This document shows positions 8,807-19,413 of a DNA stretch of 64,000 nt, in pieces. The first letter of the stretch is position 1; each line of letters starts with the position of its first letter. The notes beneath the pieces are model-generated. The model was not told where the DNA came from. It did not search any database and saw nothing but the letters and a program-made list of their open reading frames with translations. This DNA comes from a bacterium (GTDB lineage: Bacteria > Patescibacteriota > Minisyncoccia > Moranbacterales > GWC2-37-73). Location: NCBI GenBank assembly GCA_037140955.1, contig JBAXDL010000001.1, forward strand, positions 15,129-79,128, read 5' to 3'. A program made the translations under genes and the position numbers.

Positions 8807-9796
8807 CTAGAGCACAAATCCTATTTTATTTTTAACTTCTATTAGTTTTGCTTGCGCCAATGGCTTCACCTTATCCGCGCCAGCACGAAGAATTTCCAGC
8901 ACTTCATCATCAGAAATTGCATGAAACTTTTCCTGGAAAGGCTTCAAAAAACCAACCACAACATCAGCCAAATCAGATTTAAAATCTCCGTAGCCTTTGC
9001 CAACATACATTCTCTCAATTTCACTAGCAGCTTTTCCAGAGAAAGAAGCGTAGATATTAATAAGGTTTTTCAGTGCTGGTTTTTCATCGCTATACACAAT
9101 TTCACTGCCAGAATCAGTTACTGCTTTTTTTATTTTGCGCCTAATCACCTCTTCACTATCAAGCAAAGAAATATAATTATATTCGGAAGCAGCTGATTTG
9201 CTCATTTTTTTTGTTGCGTCATCAAGACCCATGACACGCATTCCTTCTTCTTTGATGAAAGACTTTGGAACAATAAAAGTTTCTCCAAATTTTTGATTAA
9301 ACCTTTTAGCCAAATCTCGAGCCAATTCCACATGCTGTTTTTGATCCTCACCAACTGGCACAACTTCCGTTCCATACAGCAAAATATCAGCAGCCATTAA
9401 AACTGGATAATCAAACAAGCCAACGCCAGCACCTTCCTTGCCCTCTTTTTGAGCCTTATCCTTAAACTGAGTCATCTTTTCCAATTCGGCAATTTTTGTT
9501 ATTGTGTTCAAAATCCACATAAGCTCAGCATGCGCGGACACTTGCGATTGCACAAAAATTGCAGATTTGGAAGGGTCTATGCCAGCCGCCAAATAAATCT
9601 TTGCAATTTCAATAGTTCTTTTTCTGAGCACCTCAGGATCCTGTTGAACTGTTATGGCATGCATATCCACCACGCAAAAAATACAATCAAACTCATCCTG
9701 CATCTTGACCCAATTAGCAATCGATCCCAAATAGTTTCCGATGTGCAAATTTCCGCTTGGCTGAATTCCTGAAAAAATTCTCTTTTTATTATCCAT
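8807..9796 (-). CDS. trpS: tryptophan--tRNA ligase
   Basis: HIGH motif GNLHIGNYLG and KMSKS motif KKMSKS; 329 aa class I aaRS. Confidence 0.9.
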   Translation of the reverse strand: MDNKKRIFSGIQPSGNLHIGNYLGSIANWVKMQDEFDCIFCVVDMHAITVQQDPEVLRKRTIEIAKIYLAAGIDPSKSAIFVQSQVSAHAELMWILNTITKIAELEKMTQFKDKAQKEGKEGAGVGLFDYPVLMAADILLYGTEVVPVGEDQKQHVELARDLAKRFNQKFGETFIVPKSFIKEEGMRVMGLDDATKKMSKSAASEYNYISLLDSEEVIRRKIKKAVTDSGSEIVYSDEKPALKNLINIYASFSGKAASEIERMYVGKGYGDFKSDLADVVVGFLKPFQEKFHAISDDEVLEILRAGADKVKPLAQAKLIEVKNKIGFVL

Positions 9797-9916
9797 ATGA
9801 TTTAACGGTGAATATTATATTTATAAATCAATGATAACCAAAATACACTTATTTTGCAAACAAAAAACTCAGCCTATGGCTGAGTTTTTCAAAAATAAAC
9901 AAAACTATAATAGCTA

Positions 9917-11719
9917 CTATACTTCAATAACCACAGGAAGAACCATTGGTCTGCGTTCTGTTTTGGTGTACAAAAATGATCCCACAGCTTCACGAATATT
10001 ATTCTTAACGTAATCCCAGTTGACACTAACATCAGGAGAAGTTTTTTCCTTAACAACTTTTTCAACCACACGCTTGGTAGCATTTACCAAATCAAAATTT
10101 TCTTTCACGAAAATAAAGCCACGAGAAGTTATTTGCGGAGAGCCAATAATCTTTTTAGTTTTTGAATCAATGATAACCACAATCATAAACATTCCATCTT
10201 TGGCCAACAATTGTCTATCTCTAAGCACAATTTCTCCCACATCTCCCACACCAAGACCGTCTACCATGACATAGCTTGTATCAATTTTTTGAGCAAGCAG
10301 TTTTGCCTTTCCTTCATGGAATTCAAGTTGATTTCCATTATCAAGCACAAAAATATTGTCCTTTTTAATTCCAACTCGCTCTCCCAATTTGGCAGCCTCT
10401 TTCAAAAAGTAATGATTTGCATATACTGGCAAGAAATAGTCAGGATTAATCTGACGCAAAATATCACGGATATCAAAAGCATTGCTGTGACCACTAGTGT
10501 GCACATCCAAAATATCACTATGAATAACATTGTCGCACTTGCGATACAAATCATCTTTCAATCTTTGAATAGTTCTTTCATTACCAGGAATAACAGAAGA
10601 AGAAAAAATAATAGTGTCCTCTTTGAGAATATGAATAAAGCGATGTTCATCATTAACAATCCTTGAAAGCACAGCATTTCCTTCACCTTGCGCTCCTGTG
10701 CAGATAACCACTACTTTATTTCTTGGAAACTTGTGGATCTCATTAACTGAAATCAGAGTCTGCTTATGAGCTTTAATATATCCAAGTTCTTTAGCTATTT
10801 CAATATTCATTTTCATGCTATACCCATCCAAGGCAACTTTTTTTCCAATAGATTCAGCATATTCAATAATTTTTCCAATACGCTTAATCTGAGAAGAAAA
10901 TGTTCCAATAATAACAGTACCTTTGGCGTTAGCAACCAACTCATCCAAATTTTTGTACATTTCAACTTCTGATTTTTGCACTGGCCTGTTGTCAGTTGCT
11001 CCCAAACTTTCCAACATCAAAATTCTTGGCGAAGGCAATTTAGCAAGATGTTCATAGGTAACAACGCTGTGATCAGTTGGATTTTTGTCCATGGTCCAAT
11101 CTCCAGGATGAATAATGGTCCCATCTGGAGTTTTGATAATCACACCAACAGCATCCATCACGGAATGCTCAACATCAAAAAATTCTATTTCAAATTTACC
11201 AAGTCTAACCTTATCAGTAATCGCATTGATTCTGATTATTTTTAAGTTCTGAGCTGAATTGGTATCATAGTCCTCCATTTTCTTTTTAACTAGTGCTAGC
11301 GTCAAATCTCGCCCCACAATAGGAGGATATCCAAGCTCGCGTAGCAAAATAGGAGCTGCACCAATATGATCAAGATGGCCATGACTCAAAATAACACCAC
11401 GTACATTTTTTTCCTTACCCTTAAGGTAATTTATATTAGGAATAATATAATCAATTCCAGGCATGTCCTCTTCTGGAAATTGAATTCCCATATCCAAGAT
11501 AATAATGTCTCCATCATATTCAAACATGGTCATGTTGCGACCAACCTCTTCATTTCCTCCCATTGGAGTGATGCGCAAATTCTTACTTGGCGCATTGCCG
11601 ACAGCAATTTGAACCTTGCGAGAACCACTAAGTGGTCTTATTGATTTTTTATTGGTTTTTTTAGCATGCTCCAAATTTGCATGAGCAGGTTTACTGCCAT
11701 CTTGTTGTTTTTTAAACAT
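9917..11719 (-). CDS. rnj: ribonuclease J (metallo-beta-lactamase/beta-CASP RNase)
   Basis: LSHGHLDHIGA zinc motif, beta-CASP and C-terminal domain; lysine-rich N-terminal extension. Confidence 0.9.
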   Translation of the reverse strand: MFKKQQDGSKPAHANLEHAKKTNKKSIRPLSGSRKVQIAVGNAPSKNLRITPMGGNEEVGRNMTMFEYDGDIIILDMGIQFPEEDMPGIDYIIPNINYLKGKEKNVRGVILSHGHLDHIGAAPILLRELGYPPIVGRDLTLALVKKKMEDYDTNSAQNLKIIRINAITDKVRLGKFEIEFFDVEHSVMDAVGVIIKTPDGTIIHPGDWTMDKNPTDHSVVTYEHLAKLPSPRILMLESLGATDNRPVQKSEVEMYKNLDELVANAKGTVIIGTFSSQIKRIGKIIEYAESIGKKVALDGYSMKMNIEIAKELGYIKAHKQTLISVNEIHKFPRNKVVVICTGAQGEGNAVLSRIVNDEHRFIHILKEDTIIFSSSVIPGNERTIQRLKDDLYRKCDNVIHSDILDVHTSGHSNAFDIRDILRQINPDYFLPVYANHYFLKEAAKLGERVGIKKDNIFVLDNGNQLEFHEGKAKLLAQKIDTSYVMVDGLGVGDVGEIVLRDRQLLAKDGMFMIVVIIDSKTKKIIGSPQITSRGFIFVKENFDLVNATKRVVEKVVKEKTSPDVSVNWDYVKNNIREAVGSFLYTKTERRPMVLPVVIEV

Positions 11720-12031
11720 ATTTTTTTCATCAAAACAAGTAAGGTATTATCGATTTTTTGTTATTAAATTAAAAGTTGATAATGTTACTTAAATTAAAAG
11801 TATTAATTGGCAATAGTAAAAACCTCCTAAAAAGAGAATCTTTTTTTTATTTAAAAGCTTGTTTTTTAATTATTCTTCAAAATTTTAATTTTGCCAAAAC
11901 AATATATACCAAAAAGGTAAACTGTTTTGAAGAAAGAAGCTTTAAACAAGGTAAAATTCAAGAAGTATTACTTATTGAATCAATTGTACATGTATATAGG
12001 TATTTTGTCAATAGCAAAAACCAAAAGCCAT

Positions 12032-13408
12032 CTAGCGACCATATTCATCGTCATATCTAACAATATCATCCTCTTCCAAATAATCGCCAGTTTGAACTTC
12101 AATAATTTCCAAGTTTTTCTTGCCTGGATTTGAAAGTCTGTGCTTGGCCAAGGCTGGGATATAGGTGCTTTGATTTTCTGTCAGTGTTAATTCGCTTTGG
12201 CCATTAACAACACCAGCGGTGCCACACACCACAACCCAATGCTCACTCCTACGTTGATGTGACTGCAAACTCAATGTTGCTCCAGGATACACAGTAATCT
12301 TTTTTACCTTATGATTTGCTTCATTGATAAGCACTTCATATTTTCCCCAGGGACGATACCCAATCAAACTATGTTCAACTTCGGTATAATTATTTTCCCT
12401 CAAATATTCCACAACTTTTTTAATCTCACTACTTTTCCCTTTCTTTTGAACCAAAATAACATCATTATTTTCAACAATATTAACATCTTCCATGCCGACA
12501 GTTACAATCAATTTATTACTAATCGAATTGGTATAAATATTTTTTGAATCAAATCCCAAATGTTTTGGATCCTGTTTTTCATTTCTATTTGCAATTTCAG
12601 ACAAAATGTCAAATGATCCAATGTCGTTCCAATCAAAATCTCCTTCAAACATGATGACTTTTCTTGATCTCTCAGCAAGCACATAATCAATAGCGATTTT
12701 TGGCAAAGCTTGAAAATTTTCAACAAATTCAGCAAATGGTTTTGAAAATAACTCAAAAATATCCTTGTCGCAAATCTCCAATTCGTCTTGAAATGTTTTT
12801 GCGCAAAAAAGATACATGCCAGCATTCCAAACATATTTTTTTGTTTCCAAAAATTTCTTTGCCAATTCCAAATCAGGCTTTTCCTTGAAAGCTGAAACTC
12901 TATAATATCCATCGATTTTCTCACCTTTTTCAATATACCCCAATCCAGTATCAGCTTTGGTCGGAGTAATCCCAATAAGTCCGATATTATCATTCAAGCA
13001 AGCCAAAGCATTCTTCACCAAATCCAAATAAACATCTTTTTTTCCAATATAATGATCAGAATGAACTTCAATAATTGGAGCATTTTTATCAATTCCAATA
13101 ACATCACACAAATATTTTACCGCCAACATGATTGCGGGAGTGGTGTCTCTTGAACTCGGCTCAACAATAATTTGTTCTTTTTTAAAATCAGCATATACCT
13201 CACGTATCTGATTAAGCACATTAAAAAAATTATCCTTATCAGTAACAATGTAAATATTTTCTTTTGAAATTGCGCCAGCCATACGCTCAAAAGTTTCCTG
13301 AATCAAAGATTTGTCAGAATATAATTTCAAAAATGGTTTTGGAAAGTTTCGACGAGAAAGTGGCCAAAGCCTTGTTCCACTGCCACCACAAAGAATAATG
13401 CTATACAT
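12032..13408 (-). CDS. manC: mannose-1-phosphate guanylyltransferase / mannose-6-phosphate isomerase (type II, bifunctional)
   Basis: N-terminal nucleotidyltransferase MYSIILCGGSGTRLWPLSR and C-terminal cupin domain typical of ManC/CpsB. Confidence 0.85.
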   Translation of the reverse strand: MYSIILCGGSGTRLWPLSRRNFPKPFLKLYSDKSLIQETFERMAGAISKENIYIVTDKDNFFNVLNQIREVYADFKKEQIIVEPSSRDTTPAIMLAVKYLCDVIGIDKNAPIIEVHSDHYIGKKDVYLDLVKNALACLNDNIGLIGITPTKADTGLGYIEKGEKIDGYYRVSAFKEKPDLELAKKFLETKKYVWNAGMYLFCAKTFQDELEICDKDIFELFSKPFAEFVENFQALPKIAIDYVLAERSRKVIMFEGDFDWNDIGSFDILSEIANRNEKQDPKHLGFDSKNIYTNSISNKLIVTVGMEDVNIVENNDVILVQKKGKSSEIKKVVEYLRENNYTEVEHSLIGYRPWGKYEVLINEANHKVKKITVYPGATLSLQSHQRRSEHWVVVCGTAGVVNGQSELTLTENQSTYIPALAKHRLSNPGKKNLEIIEVQTGDYLEEDDIVRYDDEYGR

Positions 13409-13445
13409 ATAATACTTAAGTTAAAACTTATAAAAAAGAAAAAAA

Positions 13446-14054
13446 TTAATCCACAATCAAAAGACCTCCAAAGTCAGCACTTTCAACACTTTTATACAGT
13501 GGGTTTTTTCGAAGTGCTGGTTTTCCCTCATGTTCAACAACATAATATGCAAAGCCCTTCATTTTTTTTACCAACTCATAGTCAGCATGTCCAGGAAAAC
13601 TCGAAGGATCCCTGTCTTCAAAATCAACAGGACTATCATCAATAGTAACAAAATAAGTTTCTCCCACATTAGCCAAAAGATGTCCAAACTTAGAAGGCAT
13701 AAAAACCTTGTCTCCAGCGCCAACAACAACAGCCTTAAACTCAGCAACTTCACCTGCAATCATTTTTCCATTTTCATCTTCCGCCAATTTTTGTAGTAAG
13801 GCCACTCCATTTCCAAAAGCAATAGTATAATGCTCACTAAGCTCGCCCACATGATAATGACCATATGTCTTAATATATTCACCAGAAATTGTTCCTGGCT
13901 CCCAAACAGTGGTATTTTTCTGATCAACACCACCGCGGATCATGTAATAATGAATAGCAGGACCATCTCCATTTGGATCCATAAGCACATCTTGCATTTT
14001 TTCATGTGTTCTGGCAGCATAGTGCTTTGACACATTGGTAAAGTCAATATTCAT
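13446..14054 (-). CDS. cupin-type (archaeal-type) glucose-6-phosphate isomerase
   Basis: Signature EPGTISGEYIKTYGHYHVGELSEHYTI (T-x-GH-x-H...E) and MPSKFGHLLANVG (P...H...N) of cupin PGI metal site. Confidence 0.7.
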   Translation of the reverse strand: MNIDFTNVSKHYAARTHEKMQDVLMDPNGDGPAIHYYMIRGGVDQKNTTVWEPGTISGEYIKTYGHYHVGELSEHYTIAFGNGVALLQKLAEDENGKMIAGEVAEFKAVVVGAGDKVFMPSKFGHLLANVGETYFVTIDDSPVDFEDRDPSSFPGHADYELVKKMKGFAYYVVEHEGKPALRKNPLYKSVESADFGGLLIVD

Positions 14055-14093
14055 CTTTTTAAATAGTTTTAATATTTATATTTAACTTTTTAA

Positions 14094-15770
14094 TTATTTT
14101 GAAATACGTTTTGTTTTCACAAACCATTTGTTAATGTCCACAAATCTTTGTGCTGGATTATTTATATTAGCAACATCAACTCCTTTAACACTTGTATTGA
14201 TTGGATAAAGATAAAATCTGGAATACAAGAAAATTGCTGGATTTTCTTTTGTCAAAATATCCTGAAAATTCTGATAATCTTCTATGCGCTTTTGTTGATC
14301 TGTTTGCTGTCTCAAATCCTCCAACAATCCATCAACATCCTTGTTATCAAAAAGTGACAAGTTCAAGCCTGGATCGCGCTTTTGCGAAGAATGCCAAAAT
14401 GAATATAGATCTGGATTAAAATTCAATGCCTGTCCAAACAAAATACTATCATACTCACGCGTGCGAATATAATTTTGCTGCAAATCCGAAACACTTAAGC
14501 TTTTTAAATTCACCCTAACTCCTATTTTTAACCATTGCTGCTTCAGCAGTTCGGCAGTCTGATTTAGCTCTGGCCAATCAGCTGTTACCAATTCAAATTC
14601 CAGCAAATGCCCATCCTTTTTCCGAATATTTTCATTTTTGTCCATCGCCCAACCTGCTTCATCCAAAATTTTATTAGCACTTTCAATATCACCACCAGCT
14701 GCACCAATATTTTTATAACCTAACATTTGAGGAAAAAGTGGTGATGACAAGGCCATACCCTTGCCATAGAGTAATTTATCAATAATCTCTTGCTTATTAA
14801 CACTAACTGCCAATGCCATACGAACAGCATCATTTGCCAGTGCAAAACTCTTTGTTTGATTGAAAAACACTGAAAAATAACGAGGAATAACAAGTTCTTT
14901 AACATTAGTACTTTTTGAATTTTTAATATCCTTAATACTCTCTGGTGGAATACTGCCCATACCCATAATTTCTTTTTTATTATAAGCAGCAATCAATTGA
15001 TCATCATCAGGATAAAAATTAAAAGTAATTTTTGAAACATATGGAACACCATCATAGTAATTTTTATTAGCAGTCAGCTGCAGCGTCAAAATATTTCCAC
15101 CAGAATCTTTTTGAAAACTAGCAAAAGAATATGGACCACATCCGATTGGATGCAAGTTATTCTCAGCCAGGGCAAACTTTTCAGGTGCAATATTTTCCCA
15201 AGCATGCTTAGGCAAAAGCCCAATAGTCAAATTCTCCAAAAAGCCAACATACGGATTTTTCAAAGAAAACTTAACAGTATAATCATCAATCAAGCTAACT
15301 TCAACACCCTGTAGTCCTTGGCGAAGCGGGCTTTTATATGCCGGGTCTTGCAAAATGTTAAAAGTGAAAAACACATCACTAGCATTTAGAGATATTCCAT
15401 CATGCCAAAGAACGCCTTTTTTAATTGAAATTGTATACTCGCGCTGATCCTCTGAGATAGAATAATTTTCCGCCAAATCCTTAACAACTTTCCCGTCTTT
15501 ATCATATTTAAAAAGACCAGTAAAAATAAGCTGCGAAAGATCACTATCTGCCCCACTTGTCTGAGAAAGCAATGGATTAATATACAATGGTTGTCCCACT
15601 ATTCCTTCAATATATTCACCACCAATTTTAGGAACAGCCTTAGTCATGTTCAAATAAAAGGAATCAATCCAGACAAACAAAGAAACTGCAATAATCAAAA
15701 GCAGAACAGTTACAATAAATTTCTCTTTGAATGTAAGTATTTTGCCGATAGCTTTCCAGTTTTTTGGCAA
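14094..15770 (-). CDS. ABC transporter substrate-binding protein, family 5 (peptide/nickel type), membrane-anchored
   Basis: N-terminal TM anchor then SBP_bac_5-like domain (GEYIEG...LYINPLL...WHDG); start codon is TTG (no in-frame ATG before the TM segment). Confidence 0.7.
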   Translation of the reverse strand: MPKNWKAIGKILTFKEKFIVTVLLLIIAVSLFVWIDSFYLNMTKAVPKIGGEYIEGIVGQPLYINPLLSQTSGADSDLSQLIFTGLFKYDKDGKVVKDLAENYSISEDQREYTISIKKGVLWHDGISLNASDVFFTFNILQDPAYKSPLRQGLQGVEVSLIDDYTVKFSLKNPYVGFLENLTIGLLPKHAWENIAPEKFALAENNLHPIGCGPYSFASFQKDSGGNILTLQLTANKNYYDGVPYVSKITFNFYPDDDQLIAAYNKKEIMGMGSIPPESIKDIKNSKSTNVKELVIPRYFSVFFNQTKSFALANDAVRMALAVSVNKQEIIDKLLYGKGMALSSPLFPQMLGYKNIGAAGGDIESANKILDEAGWAMDKNENIRKKDGHLLEFELVTADWPELNQTAELLKQQWLKIGVRVNLKSLSVSDLQQNYIRTREYDSILFGQALNFNPDLYSFWHSSQKRDPGLNLSLFDNKDVDGLLEDLRQQTDQQKRIEDYQNFQDILTKENPAIFLYSRFYLYPINTSVKGVDVANINNPAQRFVDINKWFVKTKRISK

Positions 15771-15838
15771 AAGATATTTTATTTTATCATCTGAATAACT
15801 ACTAATAAGTTTGAATATAAAAAAATTATTCCAAAAAA

Positions 15839-16060
15839 CTAACGATTCGCGATTATCATTGTTGCAATGGCCAGCACAATAAAAACAAAACCAAGTGTTG
15901 CAGAAAAGTAAAAAAGAAATTTCTCCATGCCTCTTTTTGTGTAATAGCCACCAAAATCACCACCAAAAGCACTAGAAAGTCCACTTCCTCTATTTTGCAA
16001 AAGTATTGAAACAGTAAGCAAGATTGCAACGATCAACTGAACAATTGTAATTATTTTCAT
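15839..16060 (-). CDS. secG: preprotein translocase subunit SecG
   Basis: 73 aa, two TM helices, conserved LLQNRGSGLSSAFGG loop. Confidence 0.8.
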   Translation of the reverse strand: MKIITIVQLIVAILLTVSILLQNRGSGLSSAFGGDFGGYYTKRGMEKFLFYFSATLGFVFIVLAIATMIIANR

Positions 16061-16151
16061 CTATATTTTTTAAATATTTAAACAGTCATACTCAAATACA
16101 AATTTAGCAAAAATAGGCTTTAAAGTCAACCTTGTCTTGCTTTTCTTGGCT

Positions 16152-17090
16152 CTAATTGGCACTTAGCTGCTCTATTTTATCCTTAAATTTCTCAAAAATT
16201 GCTGGCCCATGCGGACTTGGTAAAAACATTAAGGCATCATCATTAGCATACACCAAGCTGCCTTCTTGATGAGTTTTGGGGTTTTGCATGATTTGTTTTT
16301 TTTCAATTGCCTTGAGGTTCTCTTCAATCCAACTTGAAGAAAAAATCAACTCGCCAAATTTCCTAATCCGCCTACTAGGAACGGTATCTTTAATAGTCCT
16401 AAGCGGAGCAAGCATTGATAAGTCATAATTAGGTTTCATGTTTTTGATCCACTGATTTTTCATTTGAAAACGATTAAACACTTCCCAACCAAATAGCGGA
16501 AACATAAACATATATTCATTAGCTGAAAACAAATCCTTAGTTATTATCTCCAAAGATTCTTCTGTTACAAAAAAGTTCAAACAAGCCCTGTCGGCAATAT
16601 TTTTTCCATGTCTTCTTTTTCCAACAAGATGCAAAAGCATAGTCACAAGTGTCCTACCAGTCCAGATCTTTCCAGCCTGTAGCACAATCAAAAGATCAAG
16701 ATCGCTTGATTTTTTAGCATTCTTCATAGCAAGCGCACCCGTAACACCAATCATTCGCACAAAGGGAACAAATCTAAGCAAATTTACAATCCTTTGCAAT
16801 TTTCTTATTTTTACTGTAGAAATTTTTCCAGCGACAATTCTTTTTTCCACCAAAAATCCCCTACCTTTCAGAAAATAAAAACCACTTGAGTGTTCAATGA
16901 ATTTGGCAAGATGCTTGTCATAAATATGCTTTATAACATCTAAGAGCGTGGGGGCAAAAACATCACCAACTTCTATCGAATAATCTGTCCTAATCAAATA
17001 TTTCCATATTTCAAAGACAGTCAATGGATAATCGAGAGCATCATAATAAATGATAGTTGCTAAGATATTTTTATTTAATTTATCAGACAT
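16152..17090 (-). CDS. hypothetical protein with Pol-beta-like nucleotidyltransferase motif
   Basis: GVTGALAMKNAKKSSDLDLLIV resembles the GS...D.D NTase signature; remainder unrecognised. Confidence 0.45.
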   Translation of the reverse strand: MSDKLNKNILATIIYYDALDYPLTVFEIWKYLIRTDYSIEVGDVFAPTLLDVIKHIYDKHLAKFIEHSSGFYFLKGRGFLVEKRIVAGKISTVKIRKLQRIVNLLRFVPFVRMIGVTGALAMKNAKKSSDLDLLIVLQAGKIWTGRTLVTMLLHLVGKRRHGKNIADRACLNFFVTEESLEIITKDLFSANEYMFMFPLFGWEVFNRFQMKNQWIKNMKPNYDLSMLAPLRTIKDTVPSRRIRKFGELIFSSSWIEENLKAIEKKQIMQNPKTHQEGSLVYANDDALMFLPSPHGPAIFEKFKDKIEQLSAN

Positions 17091-17105
17091 ATTTCTTGGC
17101 TATTA

Positions 17106-18134
17106 TCAAGCGACATTTTCATTTTTATTAACAAAATCAACAACAAAAACGCTCAGTGATGTTGCAATAGGAACCGCCAAAATTGCACCCAAAACTCCAC
17201 CAAGCTTAGCACCAATAAGCAAAACCAAGATAACAACTACCGGATTCAAACCCACGGCTTTTTTCATAACCTGTGGCACAATGACATGACTCTCTAGCTG
17301 CTGAATAAGCGTCAACGAACCAAGCACAATCAAGCCAGTCATAGGAGAAATAAGAAAACCAACAAGTGAAGCTAGCGTTGCAGAAATAATCGGACCAAGA
17401 TACGGCACAATCTCCAAAATTCCAGCAAGCAGCGCCAAAATCAAAGCATATGGAACATGAAAAATAGACAATACCGTAAAATCAAGCACGAAAATAATAA
17501 GCATCAACACCATTTGTCCAAGCATCCATTTTCCAATTTTATTTTTAATTCTATCGGCAACAGAAACAACGTATTTCTGATGATCTTCGGGTGTAACTGA
17601 AATCAAAAATCTATTCATACCATCCTCTTTGACTGACATATAAAATGTCAAAGCAAGCACCACTAAGATAGAAATAAAAAAAGAAAAAACACTAACTGTT
17701 GTTGAAAATATCTGACCAGATGATTGTGAAAAATTTCCAGCAATATTGCGGAAAAATTCATGACTATTAAATGTTATACCATAAGAACTTGCATATTGTT
17801 CGATTCCGAAGAATGTTTGAGAAAAAGTTTCATTATAATTTGGAAGATTTTGAGAAAAACTTGCAAGCTGACTTACAAGTGGCGGAATAAGCAAGAAGAA
17901 AAGCATCCCAACAAAACTTAGCAGTGCAATATAAATCATAATCACACCAAGTGACCTATTGATCCTGCGTTTTGACAACCAATCGATCGCGGGATCAAGT
18001 GTGGCTGTCAAAATAACAGACAAAAAGAAAAGAGCCACAATATCGCGCACTAAATACAAAAAACATAATCCCAAAATTATTGCAATTGTCTTTACAACAA
18101 AACTAGTTGATATTTCAATTTTTGTATTATTCAT
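17106..18134 (-). CDS. AI-2E family transporter (PerM/UPF0118 permease)
   Basis: 342 aa, 7-8 TM helices, typical AI-2E topology and composition. Confidence 0.7.
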   Translation of the reverse strand: MNNTKIEISTSFVVKTIAIILGLCFLYLVRDIVALFFLSVILTATLDPAIDWLSKRRINRSLGVIMIYIALLSFVGMLFFLLIPPLVSQLASFSQNLPNYNETFSQTFFGIEQYASSYGITFNSHEFFRNIAGNFSQSSGQIFSTTVSVFSFFISILVVLALTFYMSVKEDGMNRFLISVTPEDHQKYVVSVADRIKNKIGKWMLGQMVLMLIIFVLDFTVLSIFHVPYALILALLAGILEIVPYLGPIISATLASLVGFLISPMTGLIVLGSLTLIQQLESHVIVPQVMKKAVGLNPVVVILVLLIGAKLGGVLGAILAVPIATSLSVFVVDFVNKNENVA

Positions 18135-18144
18135 AATCTTAGAC

Positions 18145-19413
18145 TTAAAATTTCAATATTTTCTCAAATTTTTTGTCACTCTTGTGTGGTCCAACCACAG
18201 CCAAATTTAATTTACTATTAGTAAAAATATCCTTACTAACTCGCAAAATATCATCAACTGTTACAGCATCAACCAAAGCAAAAACCTCTTTTGGTGTTAT
18301 AATCTTTTCTTTGTGCATTTCTTGATCAATAAAAAACATAGCCACATCATCAGAAGCTTCCAGTCCCATCACGGCTCGCCCTTTCACATAATCCTTAGCC
18401 TTTTGCAGCTCTTTCTCACTAACATATTCAGTAGCAATTTTTTTGTATTCAAACAAAATTGCATCCACGGCTTGCTCAATTTTTCCATGCTCAACTCCAG
18501 CTTGTGTAGCAATGTAGCCACAATCTTGATAGGTATCAACACTAGTGTGCACAAAATATGCCAAACCTCGACGCTCACGAATTTCAATAAAAAGCCTACT
18601 ACTCATATTTCCACCAAGAATAATTGAAAGCAGAGCCAACACATAACGATCTTTATGATCCTGTTTATATCCGCGCACACCCAAAATAAAATGTGTTTGT
18701 TCTGTTTTTTTCAACTTAATTCTAATGGCTGGAGAAGTTTGTTTTTCCACAACTTTTTTCAGTGGAATTTTTTTACCAGCTTGAAATACAGCAAAATGTT
18801 TCTGCAATTGAGTGATGATCTCATTTTCATTAAATTTTCCAGCCACACAAACAACTGTTTCATTGGCGTTATAATGCTTCTTAATATAAGAAATAAAGTC
18901 CTTGCGCTTAAAATCAGAAATTGTTTTTTTGTATCCAACAATTCCACGGCCCAATGATTGATCACCGTATAGTATTTTTTCAAATTCATCGCCAACACTT
19001 CTGCGTGGCTCATCTTCATACATACTAAGCTCCTGCAAAATTGGACCTCTCTCCCTATCTATTTCAACTTGTTCAAGTTTTGAATTCAAGAAAATATCAC
19101 AAATAACATCCACCGCCTTATTAATATGACGTGAATCAACTTTTGCATAATAAGCAGTTTTGTCCTTGGCTGTAAAAGCATTAAACTCTCCACCAATAGC
19201 ATCAAGCTCCTCGGAAATTGATTGCGCTGTTGGCCTATTTTTGGTCCCCTTGAAAAACATATGCTCAATAAAATGTGAAAGTCCTGCCTGCTTTTCACTT
19301 TCATAGCGCGAACCAACACCAACCATCAGCATCACAGTTGCAGTCTGAGTGCCCTTCACTGGAATCGTCAAAACTCTTAGTCCATTTTTTAGAGTTGTTT
19401 TTTTGTAAAGCAT
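18145..19413 (-). CDS. M16 family zinc peptidase (pitrilysin/insulinase-like)
   Basis: Inverted zinc motif HFIEHMFFKGT. Start placed at ATG 19413 (MLYKKTTLKNGLRVL); the track ORF extends upstream through an AT-rich tandem repeat (translating as KFKIQNSKFKI) from an alternative start. Confidence 0.8.
   Translation of the reverse strand: MLYKKTTLKNGLRVLTIPVKGTQTATVMLMVGVGSRYESEKQAGLSHFIEHMFFKGTKNRPTAQSISEELDAIGGEFNAFTAKDKTAYYAKVDSRHINKAVDVICDIFLNSKLEQVEIDRERGPILQELSMYEDEPRRSVGDEFEKILYGDQSLGRGIVGYKKTISDFKRKDFISYIKKHYNANETVVCVAGKFNENEIITQLQKHFAVFQAGKKIPLKKVVEKQTSPAIRIKLKKTEQTHFILGVRGYKQDHKDRYVLALLSIILGGNMSSRLFIEIRERRGLAYFVHTSVDTYQDCGYIATQAGVEHGKIEQAVDAILFEYKKIATEYVSEKELQKAKDYVKGRAVMGLEASDDVAMFFIDQEMHKEKIITPKEVFALVDAVTVDDILRVSKDIFTNSKLNLAVVGPHKSDKKFEKILKF

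Noticed and set aside
10020-11644. Series of plus-strand ORFs (10211-10666, 10976-11245, 11366-11644 and others)
   Set aside because: All lie antisense within the RNase J CDS, which has unmistakable motifs. They are Asn/Ile/Phe-rich shadows.
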